Assembly (NCBI GenBank): GCA_018056765.1
Contig: JAGPFA010000011.1
Coordinates: 6,057 to 70,056, forward strand
Reading direction: 5' to 3'
Source: Syntrophaceae bacterium
GTDB lineage: Bacteria > Desulfobacterota > Syntrophia > Syntrophales > Smithellaceae
DNA length: 64,000 nt
A program made the translations under genes and the position numbers. Shown here one piece after another: positions 1 to 8,722 of this stretch. Position 1 is the first letter of the stretch, and each line of letters starts with the position of its first letter. Under the pieces are notes generated by a model that worked only from the letters and a program-made list of their open reading frames with translations, searched no databases and was not told the DNA's origin.

Positions 1-60
1 ACCTGATATTCCAAAAAAAACCTCGTTTTGCCTGACTGTCGCGTCTTTTTTTGAAAAGGC

Positions 61-155
61 GACCGGGTTGACCGCAACACACGAAGGGATTTGCTGCCGC
101 TGCTTCCTTCCGGACCTGACGGGGTTCACAAGCCTTCGTTGTACGGGACCCGGCC
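61..155 (-). ncRNA. ffs: Signal recognition particle RNA (small 4.5S type)
   Basis: The reverse complement carries the universal SRP domain IV motif GTCAGGTCCGGAAGGAAGCAGC (plus coordinates 99-120). The 5' GGCCGGGTC and 3' GACCCGGTC ends pair into a closing helix. Ends are approximate. Confidence 0.85.
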
Positions 156-159
156 ATAT

Positions 160-165
160 ATTATA
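160..165 (-). promoter_or_regulatory. Candidate -10 box (TATAAT) for the SRP RNA gene
   Basis: Plus-strand ATTATA equals TATAAT on the minus strand, about 5-7 nt upstream of the predicted ffs 5' end. No convincing -35 element was seen. Confidence 0.4.
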
Positions 166-304
166 CGTAGTGCCTGAATCAGACCCTTTGCTCTTAATGG
201 ATTAACTTGAAGGAATCAACCAAATTTTGACCGGCCTGGTAAACTTGGCAACCACGAGGAACTAAGCGAGGCGTTACAAAATAAACTGTTTTGATGGGCA
301 AAAC

Positions 305-398
305 TGGCGGAGAGTGGGGGATTCGAACCCCCGTAGGAGCTTGTGGCCCCTAAATCGATTTCGAGTCGATCCCGTTACGACCACTTCGGTAACTCTCC
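305..398 (-). tRNA. tRNA-Ser (anticodon CGA), CCA encoded
   Basis: The reverse complement folds as a class II tRNA. It has acceptor GGAGAGT/ACTCTCC, anticodon stem ATCGA/TCGAT with loop CT-CGA-AA, a long variable arm, T arm GGGGG-TTCGAAT-CCCCC and a 3' GCCA. Confidence 0.9.
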
Positions 399-474
399 GG
401 CCTGGAAACAGCCGCCCGGCGGCAAAAAAATGTCACCGCTTCAGGCTGGGGCTGGCTTTTCACTTCTTAAAAAA

Positions 475-568
475 TGGCGGAGAGAGCGGGATTCGAACCC
501 GCGGTACACCTTTGGGGGCGTACACACGATTTCCAGTCGTGCTCCTTCAGCCTCTCAGACATCTCTCC
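475..568 (-). tRNA. tRNA-Ser (anticodon GGA), CCA encoded
   Basis: The reverse complement reads GGAGAGA...CACGA-CT-GGA-AA-TCGTG, then a long variable arm, a TTCGAAT T-loop and ...CTCTCCGCCA. Confidence 0.9.
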
Positions 569-724
569 GCTTTTATTTCAAGCAAAAACCAGCTGCATAT
601 TTTGTCAAGAACGGCAGGCTTTAGCCTGCATGGCCTAAAAACCGCAAATTTTAAAACTGATGGCGGGCAGACAGGTAACCCATCTTCTTGTGTTTTTCTG
701 AACGTCCCGGTGCGGCCTATCCGT

Positions 725-1186
725 TTATCGAAGTGATTTTATCCTCTTTTCCCTGAAAAATCCACTTAAAATTTGTGCGCATTCTTCAGGCAGGATGCCT
801 TCCGTTACTTCCACCCGGTGATTGAGGCGGCTGTCGTTTAAAATCTGGTAAAGAGAGACCACTGCCCCCGCTTTCGGATCACGGACACCGAAAATCACCC
901 GCGCCAATCTGGCCTGCAGAATCACCCCGGCACACATTATACAAGGCTCAAGCGTGACATACAGCCGGGCCCCGGTCAAACGGTAGTTGCCGGCTTCGGC
1001 ACAGGCCTGGCGGATGGCGAGCATTTCCGCGTGGGCGGACGGGTCTGCCCCGGTGATGGGGCTGTTGTGGGCTTTTGCCAATATGCGTCCATCGGCGACC
1101 AGTACCGCGCCCACCGGCACCTCGTCCCCGGCCAGGGCCTTGCGGGCCTCGTCGAGGGCGATTTTCATATAATCTTCATCTGTCAT
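725..1186 (-). CDS. tadA: tRNA-specific adenosine deaminase
   Basis: 153 aa with the CMP/dCMP deaminase zinc motifs HAEMLAI and PCIMCAG. Size and layout are typical of TadA. Confidence 0.9.
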   Translation of the reverse strand: MTDEDYMKIALDEARKALAGDEVPVGAVLVADGRILAKAHNSPITGADPSAHAEMLAIRQACAEAGNYRLTGARLYVTLEPCIMCAGVILQARLARVIFGVRDPKAGAVVSLYQILNDSRLNHRVEVTEGILPEECAQILSGFFREKRIKSLR

Positions 1187-1284
1187 CGGCGGTGATTCCC
1201 AATGGTGTTTATTGTCACATGTTGGTTATCATAGTGTTGATTTTGAAGCAAATGCCGTATATGATCGGGTTAAAGCGAGTACAC

Positions 1285-1848
1285 ATGAATTCGAAAAAAA
1301 TTTTTCTTTTACCTGTCATCATATCTTTTATCGGCCATGCCGCGCTGATCAGCGCCAGCGGCGTCATTGATCTGCGGTCAAACGCAAAATCGCCGGAGCA
1401 TTTCATGGTAAAAATCGCCGAGCCGCAGCCGGAAGGCGAACAAAGAAAAGAAGAGGAAAAACCGCAGGCTGAGCACAAGGAGCAAAAAAAGGAACAGACT
1501 AAGCCCCTGCCGCCAGGCGGGCGGGAAGACACGGTGGAGATAGGCTCTTCCGATATTAAATACGCCGCCTATCTGGCGGGTGTGAAAAAAAAGATCATGC
1601 GTCTGTGGAGCTACCCGGCCGGCGCGTATAAAAACAGCGAAGAAGGCGAAGTGGTCTTGCGAATGTCCGTTGATGCGGACGGTTCTCTCGCCGCGATAGA
1701 ACTTGTGGCCTCTTCCGGTTCCGAGCATCTTGATTCAGGAACAATCGGCACGGTACAGGCCGCCGCCCCGTTTGAGCCCCTTCCTTCATTATATAACCTG
1801 TCGCGCCTGCATATTGTTGCCTCTTTTCACTACCGCATGAGGGACTGA
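1285..1848 (+). CDS. TonB-family energy transducer-like protein (C-terminal TonB domain)
   Basis: The start was chosen at MNSKKIFLLPVIISF (ATG 1285), giving an N-terminal TM anchor. A Glu/Lys/Pro-rich linker is followed by a C-terminal domain (YPAGAYKNSEEGEVVLRMSVDADGSL...) typical of TonB_C. The upstream part of the 1075 ORF overlaps tadA and was discarded. Confidence 0.7.
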   Translation: MNSKKIFLLPVIISFIGHAALISASGVIDLRSNAKSPEHFMVKIAEPQPEGEQRKEEEKPQAEHKEQKKEQTKPLPPGGREDTVEIGSSDIKYAAYLAGVKKKIMRLWSYPAGAYKNSEEGEVVLRMSVDADGSLAAIELVASSGSEHLDSGTIGTVQAAAPFEPLPSLYNLSRLHIVASFHYRMRD

Positions 1849-2096
1849 TTGCATTTTTGCCGCAATAAGCCCGAAGATCGTGTGAAAAATCCATTTTATT
1901 TTTATCCCGTCTTTCAATGCCGGAGCATTAAAAACTACGGTATTTTAATTTCAAATATGCTACAAGCGGTTGCCCGGTAACATCGTTGAAAAACACGGAG
2001 GTATTCCCCGTCTTTGGTAAAGGCCGGGACATTGGCTTTGACGATTGCAATCCGGCAAGGAATCTGACGGCTCAGGCTGTATGGGGAGGAACGGTT

Positions 2097-4427
2097 ATGA
2101 CAGAAGAAAAGATGTTTGATTTTTCCAAAATGACAAAAAATGAATTCCAGAAGGTGTGCCGGGACAATGGCTGGGGACTGACGCTTGATGAATTCCGTCT
2201 GGTGCAAAAAAGGATCAAAAGGCCGCTTCGCATCACGGAGGCTTTCATCATGGACAGCCTGTGGTCCGATCATTGTTCATATAAAAACTCGAAACATAAG
2301 CTCCGGAGCCTCATCAGAACCAACCGGCACGTTTTGAGTTCTGAAAAAAGCGACGCGGGAGCAGTCAAAATAGGCGACAGCGGCTACAGCGCGGTTTTTA
2401 AAATAGAGTCGCATAATCACCCGACACTGCTCAACCCGTTTGACGGGGCGGCAACCGGTGTCGGGGGCGTACTGCGTGACATCTTCGGCATGGGGGCCAA
2501 AAACATCGGCGTGGGTGCTTCCCTGCGCTACGGGCCCAAAGCGGAGGAGGACTCCAAAGACATCCTCTCCGGCGCGATGACCGGGGCGGCAAAATACTGC
2601 CGTGCGATGGAGCTGCCGCTGATTGCACTGGATGTGTACTACGAAGATTCCTTCCGCTACAACTGCCTGATGAATGTGGCGGCGCTGGGCGTGGTGAAAA
2701 ACAGCGAATTGATACCCAACATCGTGCCTGAAGATGCCGTGGGCTACAATCTTATCTATATCGGAAAGGCGACGGCGGGCGCCGCCGTGGGCGGGGCATC
2801 ATTTGCCTCGCAGGCGTTTGAAGACGGCCGCAAAAAAGAAATAGAGTTCGGCTCCAATCCCCGCCTGGAAAAAGCCACTTTTGACGTTTTTGAAAAAGTC
2901 AAAAAAGCCCTGCAGAAAAAGAAGCTCATCTCACAGATGTCTCTGAAAGACATGGGGGCAGCCGGTCTGACCTGTTCAACCGCGGAGCAGGTTTCGGAAA
3001 GAGGATTCGGTATTGAAATCTTCACCAACCGCGTTCCCGTGCCGCGGGGGCTGAAGGTACATCCGCTGGCGCTGGCCGTGGCCGAAGATCAGGAAAGGAA
3101 CATGATTATCGCCTCCGACCGGGCCACGGAGGTAATATTGCCGATTTTTCAAAACGACAGGAACTTTAAAAAATACGGCGGCAGAGTCGCGGTAATCGGG
3201 AAAGTGATCAGGGAAGACCGGTTTATCATGACGGACGGTAACACCGTTTACTGCGATATTCCGGTAAGTCTCATTACCGGCGCTCCGGTCTATAAGCCTG
3301 CCGCGAAAAAGCCCTCATTGAAAACAAAGCAGCCTGAATTCAGCGTGCCAGCGCCCGCTTCCTTGGAAAAAGAGATATTAAAAGTGATTTCTTCACGGAA
3401 TGTGTATTCCCAAAAAGACGTGTTCGGCTTCTTTAAAGGCGGAAAACATCGACACATGATCACTGCACCAGCCGAAACTCACGTGTGCGTGCTGGCGCCT
3501 TTACAAAACGAAAAAACATCCGCCGCCAACAAGCGTATCGGCCTGGGGCTGGCCTTCGGCGGTAAATCTCTGCACGGCAGATATGGTGATGCAATGGAGC
3601 AGGCCTACCTGGCCACAGTCGAGGCAAGACTAAAACTTGCAGCAGCGGGCCTCAAGCCGGTGGCGGTTGCCGACGGGTGTAACTACGGCAATCCGGCCAA
3701 CCCCGAGCATTATTTCTGCTTTGACCGGGGCATCGACGGGTTGAACAAGGCCTGCAAAATACCCCTTTATCAGGAAGAAGAACCTCTGGCGGTGGTAGCC
3801 GGGAACGTTTCACTCAGAAATACCTTCATCAGCAAGGGAAAGGAAATCCCGCTCGACCCGTCGCTCATTCCGGTGGTTCTGGGCCACATTAAAGACTATC
3901 GCCAAACCGTCACCAACGGGCTCAAAAGTGCCAACAACCTCCTTTTCCTGGCAGGAAAACGCAAGATGGAGTTCAAAGGTTCCGAGTACGCGCTTTTGTC
4001 CGGTAAAGAGGGGAAAAACCTTCCCGCCATTTCGCCCGCAAATGCACGTCAACTGGAGCAGGCCATACTGGATGCGACACAGAAGAAACTCGTTCGCTCC
4101 TCCGCAGTTATCGGAAACGGCGGGCTGGCGGCGGCACTGGCCAAAATGATCATGGCAGGCGGCAAATTCGGGGCCGAAATCAACCTGGATGCCATGGGCA
4201 AGCTGCGCGCCGATTACAACCTTTTTAGTGAGTCCGTGGGCTATGTCCTGGAGGTGTCGGCCCAAAAAGCGGCCGGGCTGGGCGAGCTTTATAAAAAATA
4301 CGGCATCACTTTGCAACTGATCGGAAAAACAACGACACGAAGATCATTTACGGGATTGTCAGGAAATAAAACGCTGTTCGATATTTCGCTTGCCGAAATT
4401 AAAAGACACTGGCACGCGGGTAAATAA
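2097..4427 (+). CDS. purL: Phosphoribosylformylglycinamidine synthase subunit PurL (FGAM synthase II)
   Basis: Motifs SDHCSYKNSK and ESHNHPTLLNPFDGAATGVGGVLRDIFGMGA are diagnostic of PurL/AIR-synthase-related proteins. ATG 2097 is preceded by a GGGGAGGA Shine-Dalgarno sequence. No purS or purQ is adjacent. Confidence 0.85.
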   Translation: MTEEKMFDFSKMTKNEFQKVCRDNGWGLTLDEFRLVQKRIKRPLRITEAFIMDSLWSDHCSYKNSKHKLRSLIRTNRHVLSSEKSDAGAVKIGDSGYSAVFKIESHNHPTLLNPFDGAATGVGGVLRDIFGMGAKNIGVGASLRYGPKAEEDSKDILSGAMTGAAKYCRAMELPLIALDVYYEDSFRYNCLMNVAALGVVKNSELIPNIVPEDAVGYNLIYIGKATAGAAVGGASFASQAFEDGRKKEIEFGSNPRLEKATFDVFEKVKKALQKKKLISQMSLKDMGAAGLTCSTAEQVSERGFGIEIFTNRVPVPRGLKVHPLALAVAEDQERNMIIASDRATEVILPIFQNDRNFKKYGGRVAVIGKVIREDRFIMTDGNTVYCDIPVSLITGAPVYKPAAKKPSLKTKQPEFSVPAPASLEKEILKVISSRNVYSQKDVFGFFKGGKHRHMITAPAETHVCVLAPLQNEKTSAANKRIGLGLAFGGKSLHGRYGDAMEQAYLATVEARLKLAAAGLKPVAVADGCNYGNPANPEHYFCFDRGIDGLNKACKIPLYQEEEPLAVVAGNVSLRNTFISKGKEIPLDPSLIPVVLGHIKDYRQTVTNGLKSANNLLFLAGKRKMEFKGSEYALLSGKEGKNLPAISPANARQLEQAILDATQKKLVRSSAVIGNGGLAAALAKMIMAGGKFGAEINLDAMGKLRADYNLFSESVGYVLEVSAQKAAGLGELYKKYGITLQLIGKTTTRRSFTGLSGNKTLFDISLAEIKRHWHAGK

Positions 4428-4470
4428 TCTATATTGTCGGGTCTTGACTCAAAGGGAATGACAGGAATTT

Positions 4471-4503
4471 CTGCCCGGGCAAATTTACCCGGGCAGTTTT
4501 TTT
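4471..4503 (+). terminator. Rho-independent terminator after purL
   Basis: Perfect 9-bp stem CTGCCCGGG/CCCGGGCAG with an 8-nt loop, followed by a run of 7 T. Confidence 0.75.
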
Positions 4504-4533
4504 ATTGATTGTTTTACTGCCGAAGGCCGCGGC

Positions 4534-4848
4534 TCAGTTTGTCCAATCGTCACCGCGTTGCCATGTGCCGAGTCTGTAGTCAAAATTCCCCACCGGCCGG
4601 ATAAAGGTAAACTCCACCGGATCGAGAACGAGGCGCTGCCCCACATTGCGGAAACTGCCGGAAGGCAGTGAGACGGGAAGGGCAACGACAAACAAAACAG
4701 ATCCGGCCGCAATCATGGCGAGTCCCAGGGGACGTGCAAGCAGAACATCACCAATTATGGTGGCGTCATTGGGCTCGTTGGCCCGGGCCGGGGCCGTAAA
4801 AACGACCATGCAAAACAAAACCAGAAACACCGCAATTATTTTTTTCAT
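4534..4848 (-). CDS. Small secreted/membrane protein of unknown function
   Basis: Start at MKKIIAVFLVLFCMVVFTAPARA (signal peptide) followed by one further hydrophobic helix. No recognisable catalytic motif. Confidence 0.5.
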   Translation of the reverse strand: MKKIIAVFLVLFCMVVFTAPARANEPNDATIIGDVLLARPLGLAMIAAGSVLFVVALPVSLPSGSFRNVGQRLVLDPVEFTFIRPVGNFDYRLGTWQRGDDWTN

Positions 4849-5007
4849 CGGCCATTCCTCCATGCCAGGCTGCTCAAGTAATAGGTAATACTAGAAAAGG
4901 TTTGCATCTGTGTCAAGCCAATTCATGTTAAGCCATTTTAAATAATGCCTCCGGCCACAAGAGTAAATAATCGCGACGCTTCCTTAATCCCTAATCCTCG
5001 CTAACAA

Positions 5008-5514
5008 CTATTTATGCAATCTTCGCCTCACAGCCGCCACAGCCACAATACCCAGTCCCAGAAGCATTAGCGTGGCTGGTTCGGGAACGGAGCTGATCGT
5101 CAGAGTTGCACCGCGGCCCCAATCGGTGACATACACGCCCGGAGCATCAAAGGACTGTCCTTCAAAAAACCAGTCGACACGGTTCCACCACATACCACCG
5201 GGAGAGCTGGGCGCACCGGATAGGTCAAAAGCCATACGCACACGAGATCTATTTGCTTCCAGGTCAGTATTAAATATCAGTTCAGTAAAAGGATATTTTG
5301 CATCAGAGCACTCAAACAGCAGATCACCGGGCCCGATCACAGCCCAGTTGTCGAGCCCCAGCAGATCCTCCGACATAAACGACAAAGAGCCTGTTCTGAG
5401 TCCCGTGTCGTCGGCAAGCCCGTCAAACTGATAATCAAATTGATACATGTACGCAGCCTGAAGCGGTGCCGCCCAGAAAAACAATAAAATAAGCGCAATA
5501 AGGAAACGTTTCAT
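5008..5514 (-). CDS. PEP-CTERM sorting-domain protein
   Basis: N-terminal signal peptide and a C-terminal VPEPATLMLLGLGIVAVAAVRRR (PEP motif, TM helix, Arg cluster), the exosortase recognition signature. Confidence 0.85.
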   Translation of the reverse strand: MKRFLIALILLFFWAAPLQAAYMYQFDYQFDGLADDTGLRTGSLSFMSEDLLGLDNWAVIGPGDLLFECSDAKYPFTELIFNTDLEANRSRVRMAFDLSGAPSSPGGMWWNRVDWFFEGQSFDAPGVYVTDWGRGATLTISSVPEPATLMLLGLGIVAVAAVRRRLHK

Positions 5515-5988
5515 AACCCCTCCTTTTTACAAGATAAATGTTTTACTTTCATTTCTGCGAATCGGGACGACACAGCAGAAATCCGACCAATTGTTTTAAA
5601 GCTCCGTGGACAAGTACAGGGAAGGTAGTTGAGAGAAATTAAAAGAAAAGGAGCAATGGCAAAAAAATCTCCACTGGCTATAAATTCAAAAGCAAATTTT
5701 ATTCCGTTTACCCTGTCATAATCTAATGCATTGTTATCATTGGAATTACCGACAGAACTAAAAGGCGGCTATCTGGAAATATGTAAAAAATCCCGACTCC
5801 ATCCCGATAGCAGCTAAAGACGTTGACGTGTCAACCGATTAAATTATTTAAGAAAAGCGGTTTTTAACCAATCGTAAAGCATCTTTACAATCTCATATAT
5901 TCCCGGATGACCGCTTGAAAATCCCCCACAGTATGTAACCCCTTCTTCATCGGGGTAGTGCTGATCATTACAACATGTTACATCTTTA

Positions 5989-6058
5989 CACAACGGTGAG
6001 TAAGGTTATTAGGGCATTGGAAGAAAACTGATATTGCAAGACCTGGCCATAGACTCCT
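5989..6058. repeat. Diverged left copy of the cassette-flanking repeat
   Basis: CACAACGGTGAGTAAGGTTATTAGGGCATTGGAAGAAAACTGATATTGCAAGACCTGGCCATAGACTCCT aligns by eye at roughly 75-80 percent identity with 7416-7484 and 7542-7610, in the same orientation. Confidence 0.7.
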
Positions 6059-6278
6059 CCATAATGCTAACAAAATAAATCTGAGAGGAGGGTCGTTTCA
6101 AAAAAAATATGCCGACTTGACACCGACAAGCAAGTTATGACAAACGACGAAAAACCGGCGTCGCTACGCTCCGACTAAGAAGGTGGCGACATGATTCGGA
6201 ACAACGTGGCGAAATCAGCGGAATAGGCAAAAATAGCTATTGTGATTTGTTGGAGTGGTTTGTTTGCGGGCAGAAATT

Positions 6279-7439
6279 ATGCAGGCTAGTTTTTTCATCA
6301 CTGGAGATATAGTTAACACCCGTAATTCAACAGGTGAAGTCATTGCACCTTGCTTGGAACGGCTAATCAAAGCTGCTGATTATTCTATTTGTAATTTTGA
6401 GGCGCCGGTAGAAGGTTTCGGCAAGCCAATTATAAAAAGTGGCTCTCATATTCAAAATAAGGTTACAACTGTTTCATCCTTAAAAAAACACGGTTTCGAT
6501 CTGTTGCTTTTGGCTAATAATCACATGATGGATTATGGGCAGGAAGCAATGCAGGCTACCAAAGATATAGCTGTACAAGAAGGATTGGACATCGTTGGTG
6601 CAGGGAACAATCGTGAAGAAGCTTATAAGCCGTTAATCAAAGAAATAAATTGCTTAAAATTTGGTATTGTTAATGCTTGTGAGGCCCAGTTTGGAGTCCT
6701 AGATTACCATGAAAATAAAGAAGCACCCGGTTATGCGTGGATAAATCACAATCAAATAGATAAAACTATCGTTAAACTAAAAAATGAGTGTGATTTCGTA
6801 CTTGTTTTTTCACACGCTGGGTTGGAAAATTATAATGTACCACAGAAAGAATGGCGCGAGCGTTATAAGTATTTATGTGATTTAGGCGCAGATGTCATTA
6901 TTGGTTGTCATCCACATATACCGCAAGGCTATGAAAAGTATAATGCTTCTTTTATTTTTTACAGCTTAGGTAATTTTTATTTTGACCGAGGCACGCAGGC
7001 AGAAAGCCTAAACAGTTCATTTGCATTAAGATTAGTTTTTCAAAAAAATAAAGGACCAATATTTGAACCTGTTTTTCACATAACCGATATAGCGAATCAT
7101 CAGGTGCGCTTAGCCAAAGAAAATGAACAAATAAATTTACAGCACCTGAACCAGCTTCTAGAGCCACAAAGATTTGAGGAAGAACATACAAGAATGACGT
7201 TATCTGCATACAAAAATAACGTTAATCCTAATATGTTGCATGCTTTTATGCCTTTTCCTTTAGGTCCGACAATCAAAAGCACTATTAATGAAATATTAGC
7301 AACTTTATTGGGTAGAAGAAAACATATTAACAAGCCTATTCTCTCCCTTCATCTAATTCGTAATGAAACTTATTATTTTGTTATACGTAATGCGCTCGAA
7401 CTAATAGCCAGGAGACACGACAGTGAGCAAGGTTATTAG
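6279..7439 (+). CDS. CapA-family (PGA_cap) metallophosphoesterase-like protein
   Basis: Motifs LLLANNHMMDYG, SHAGLENY and IIGCHPHIPQG are typical of the CapA/poly-gamma-glutamate capsule family. The gene is markedly AT-rich relative to its flanks. Start taken at MQASFF (ATG 6279). Confidence 0.8.
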   Translation: MQASFFITGDIVNTRNSTGEVIAPCLERLIKAADYSICNFEAPVEGFGKPIIKSGSHIQNKVTTVSSLKKHGFDLLLLANNHMMDYGQEAMQATKDIAVQEGLDIVGAGNNREEAYKPLIKEINCLKFGIVNACEAQFGVLDYHENKEAPGYAWINHNQIDKTIVKLKNECDFVLVFSHAGLENYNVPQKEWRERYKYLCDLGADVIIGCHPHIPQGYEKYNASFIFYSLGNFYFDRGTQAESLNSSFALRLVFQKNKGPIFEPVFHITDIANHQVRLAKENEQINLQHLNQLLEPQRFEEEHTRMTLSAYKNNVNPNMLHAFMPFPLGPTIKSTINEILATLLGRRKHINKPILSLHLIRNETYYFVIRNALELIARRHDSEQGY

Positions 7440-7611
7440 GGCCCAGGGAGAAAACTTATGTTTCAAGACCTGACCCCAATTCCTAGTAATGAAACTTATT
7501 ATTTTGTTATACGTAATGCGCTCGAACTAATAGCCAGGAGACACGACAGTGAGCAAGGTTATTAGGGCCCAGGGAGAAAACTTATGTTTCAAGACCTGAC
7601 CCCAATTCCTA
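7360..7611. repeat. Perfect 126-bp tandem duplication (2 copies: 7360-7485 and 7486-7611)
   Basis: The two copies are identical base for base on reading. Copy 1 contains the last 80 nt of the CapA ORF (stop codon included) plus 46 nt downstream. The right end abuts the truncated acyl-CoA synthetase gene. Confidence 0.95.
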
Positions 7612-7981
7612 AAAGGACTTTTACTTCCGCGTCCCGGATGATGTATTTCCACATGGAGACCAGCTCTTTCTCATACATCGGCACGTAAGCCGCCCCCAGC
7701 CCCTGGGCAGCTATTTCACCGATAAACCACTCCTTGCGGTTGTTGGCGATGATCCCGACACTATCACCGGCGCGCACACCCGCTGCGTGAAATCCCCCCC
7801 TGAGATCGTCAATGCGCCTGGCGATTTGCCGGTAGGTGACCCATTGGTATTGGCCCTCGGCGTCCTTTTCTCCAATGAACTCGTTGTCCGCATAACGGGC
7901 CACGCTCTGTTCAAAAAAATCCACCAGATTGTCAGGTGGTTCGTACACATCACTGTATTGACCATATTCGAAGATCGCCAT
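7589..7981 (-). pseudogene. N-terminal fragment (about 125 aa) of a long-chain acyl-CoA synthetase (AMP-binding family), truncated at the repeat junction
   Basis: MAIFEYGQ...WVTYRQIARRIDDLRGGFHAAGVRAGDSVGIIANNRKEWFIGEIAAQGLGAAYVPMYEKEL matches the N-terminus of AMP-dependent ligases and has a good SD sequence (GGGAGGGGGAAAG). Similarity ends at 7611/7612, where the reading frame runs into repeat sequence (GIGVRS-stop). The AMP-binding core is absent. Confidence 0.7.
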
Positions 7982-8223
7982 ACTTTCCCCCTCCCTTTTT
8001 TTGTGTTTTTTCAAACCCCTTTCCTGTCCATGTTGCTTCAATACATGCCGTATTGCCATCGGTTAGTTTCCACACGACACCGGAAGCTCAGGCCGCAGAG
8101 CCTTTTGCAGGCAGCCCGTTAAGAAATTTGGTTGACATATGGCAACAACCGCATTATATTCCTCGCCGTCTTCGGTAAATACGGTTTACCTTACATCCAC
8201 CGTGTTCCTTAAGAAACTTCAGC

Positions 8224-8297
8224 TGGGGAATCGTTCAACGGTAGGACAGCGGACTCTGACTCCGTCAATCAAGGTTCGAATCCTTGTTCCCCAGCCA
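8224..8297 (+). tRNA. tRNA-Gln (anticodon CTG), CCA encoded
   Basis: Acceptor TGGGGAA/TTCCCCA, anticodon stem GCGGA/TCCGT with loop CT-CTG-AC, T arm AAGGT-TCGAATC-CTTGT, and a 3' GCCA. Confidence 0.9.
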
Positions 8298-8722
8298 AAT
8301 AAAAATTAATCATTTACATATATTTGCCTTATAGCGAAAAACGATAATTTTTTAAATTGAAATTTTCTCTTCTCCACAAGATTTTGCAAACAGTGGGTGC
8401 AATATTTTGTCTAATACAACGATTTATGAACAAAATTCTTAAATTAGCCCGCGTTAAAAACTATGGCATACTTGGTTGGTCATTGCATCAATATTAAACA
8501 GCAGCCGGCGGGCCATCAAATAAAGACAAATGTAAGGAACTGAAAAAAGCCCGGAGAGGCAAAAAAACAGGCCTTCATCTGCGTCTGACCCAAGAGACAG
8601 AGTTTACCGCGCCCGGCCGCAGCATACATTATCTATAATCCCTGTTGACAGCCCGGCAGATTGAGTATTAGAAATCATTCATGAAAGCAAAGCGGTTGAC
8701 AATAATCAGTGTGAGGTAAAAA

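Noticed and set aside
314-736. Predicted ORFs of 140 aa and 93 aa on the plus strand
   Set aside because: They lie entirely antisense to the two tRNA-Ser genes and their spacer. They have no SD sequence and a low-complexity, Arg/Ser/Pro-rich composition typical of chance ORFs.
1849-2096. Possible purine-responsive riboswitch (ZTP, purine or PRPP type) upstream of purL
   Set aside because: I could not find the conserved cores, for example the CCGCCTGGGC-type 3' element of the ZTP motif or the purine-riboswitch junction. Only an Infernal scan could settle this, so I do not claim it.
5989-7611. Possibility that the CapA cassette repeats are integron attC sites
   Set aside because: I could find no RYYYAAC inverse-core or GTTRRRY core pair in either orientation. 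The internal inverted repeat is weak (GGGCCCAGG versus GGGGTCAGG). No intI gene is present in the window.
8224-8520. tRNA-Gln as the attachment site of an integrated element
   Set aside because: AT-rich DNA follows the tRNA. However, I found no direct repeat of the tRNA 3' end elsewhere in the window and no integrase gene. The CapA cassette is separated from the tRNA by the acyl-CoA synthetase fragment.
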